Assembly: GCA_963701965.1 (NCBI GenBank)
Contig: OY969695.1
Span: forward strand, 4,800,001 to 4,864,000
Reading direction: 5' to 3'
Length of the DNA: 64,000 nucleotides
From: an uncultured Gemmatimonadales bacterium
Lineage (GTDB): Bacteria; Gemmatimonadota; Gemmatimonadetes; Gemmatimonadales; Gemmatimonadaceae
The notes below the pieces were generated by a model. That model ran no database searches. It saw only the letters and a list, made by a program, of their open reading frames with translations, and had not been told where the DNA came from. Position numbers and translations under genes: made by a program. Below, one piece after another: positions 63,575 to 64,000 of the stretch (position 1 is its first letter; each line of letters opens with the position of its first letter).

Positions 63575-64000
63575 TCAGACCGTACCGGTAAGAGGTTCTT
63601 CCGCCACGGCGACGACCGCCGGGGAGCCCGACATGATCGACGGGATCGCATCGTGGAACGCTCGCGCCATCTGCTCCACATCCGCCTTCAACTCGCCGCC
63701 AACGATCAGGATCCGAAGACCCGCGGCTGCCCGCTCCACGGTCCCGATCTGCCGCGCCGGCACGCCATGCTGTTTGGCGATGGCCAGCACGTCGGCCGCG
63801 CGCGATGTCGAGACGATGACCCGGCCTTGGCCCTCTCCGAATAATAGCGCCCGCGGTGTGATCTCCGCCCAGTGACGGAGATCGATCGCGGCACCATGCA
63901 CCCGCTCGTCGTCGCCCACACAACATTCGGCGATGGCGACCGCCAGGCCGCCGTCGCTGACGTCGTGGGCGGTGCGCACGGCGCGGCGCCCGATGGCGTC
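63575..64000 (-). CDS. purL: FGAM synthase subunit PurL, C-terminal part (runs off the window)
   Basis: AHDVSDGGLAVAIAE, LFGEGQGR; directly upstream of purF. Confidence 0.9.
   Translation of the reverse strand, partial: DAIGRRAVRTAHDVSDGGLAVAIAECCVGDDERVHGAAIDLRHWAEITPRALLFGEGQGRVIVSTSRAADVLAIAKQHGVPARQIGTVERAAAGLRILIVGGELKADVEQMARAFHDAIPSIMSGSPAVVAVAEEPLTGTV

Overview
GC-rich bacterial chromosomal window. It is probably Gemmatimonadota, inferred from gene order (rplM-rpsI-rpsB-tsf), archaeal/eukaryote-type ProRS and protein style. Most of it is housekeeping: a lysine/aromatic operon (M20-asd-lysC-dapB-dapA-dapD-aroA-cmk-rpsA), an acyl-CoA carboxylase cluster, the translation/cdsA/dxr/rseP cluster, rpsO-pnp, ald, mreBCD-mrdA-rodA, accD-folC-hisS-proS-lysA-guaA, dusB-larB-ssrA, an MCP, and ppdK-purF-purL. 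There are three accessory patches. (1) A lower-GC left end (1-1500). (2) A block at 17.7-23.6 kb containing a ~4 kb segment cut mid-gene at both ends, around an intact serine hydrolase fusion. (3) An 866-bp integrase-less mini-island carrying only a PIN toxin-antitoxin pair, bounded by the guaA 3' end and a displaced copy of it (GAGTGGGA core). This last one is the strongest non-trivial signal. Several 1-bp frameshifts, including ones in rpsA and purF, look like sequencing errors; three share the context AGATG->AGAATG. No CRISPR array, tRNA, rRNA or transposase was seen. All product calls come from motif recognition by eye; no database search was run.
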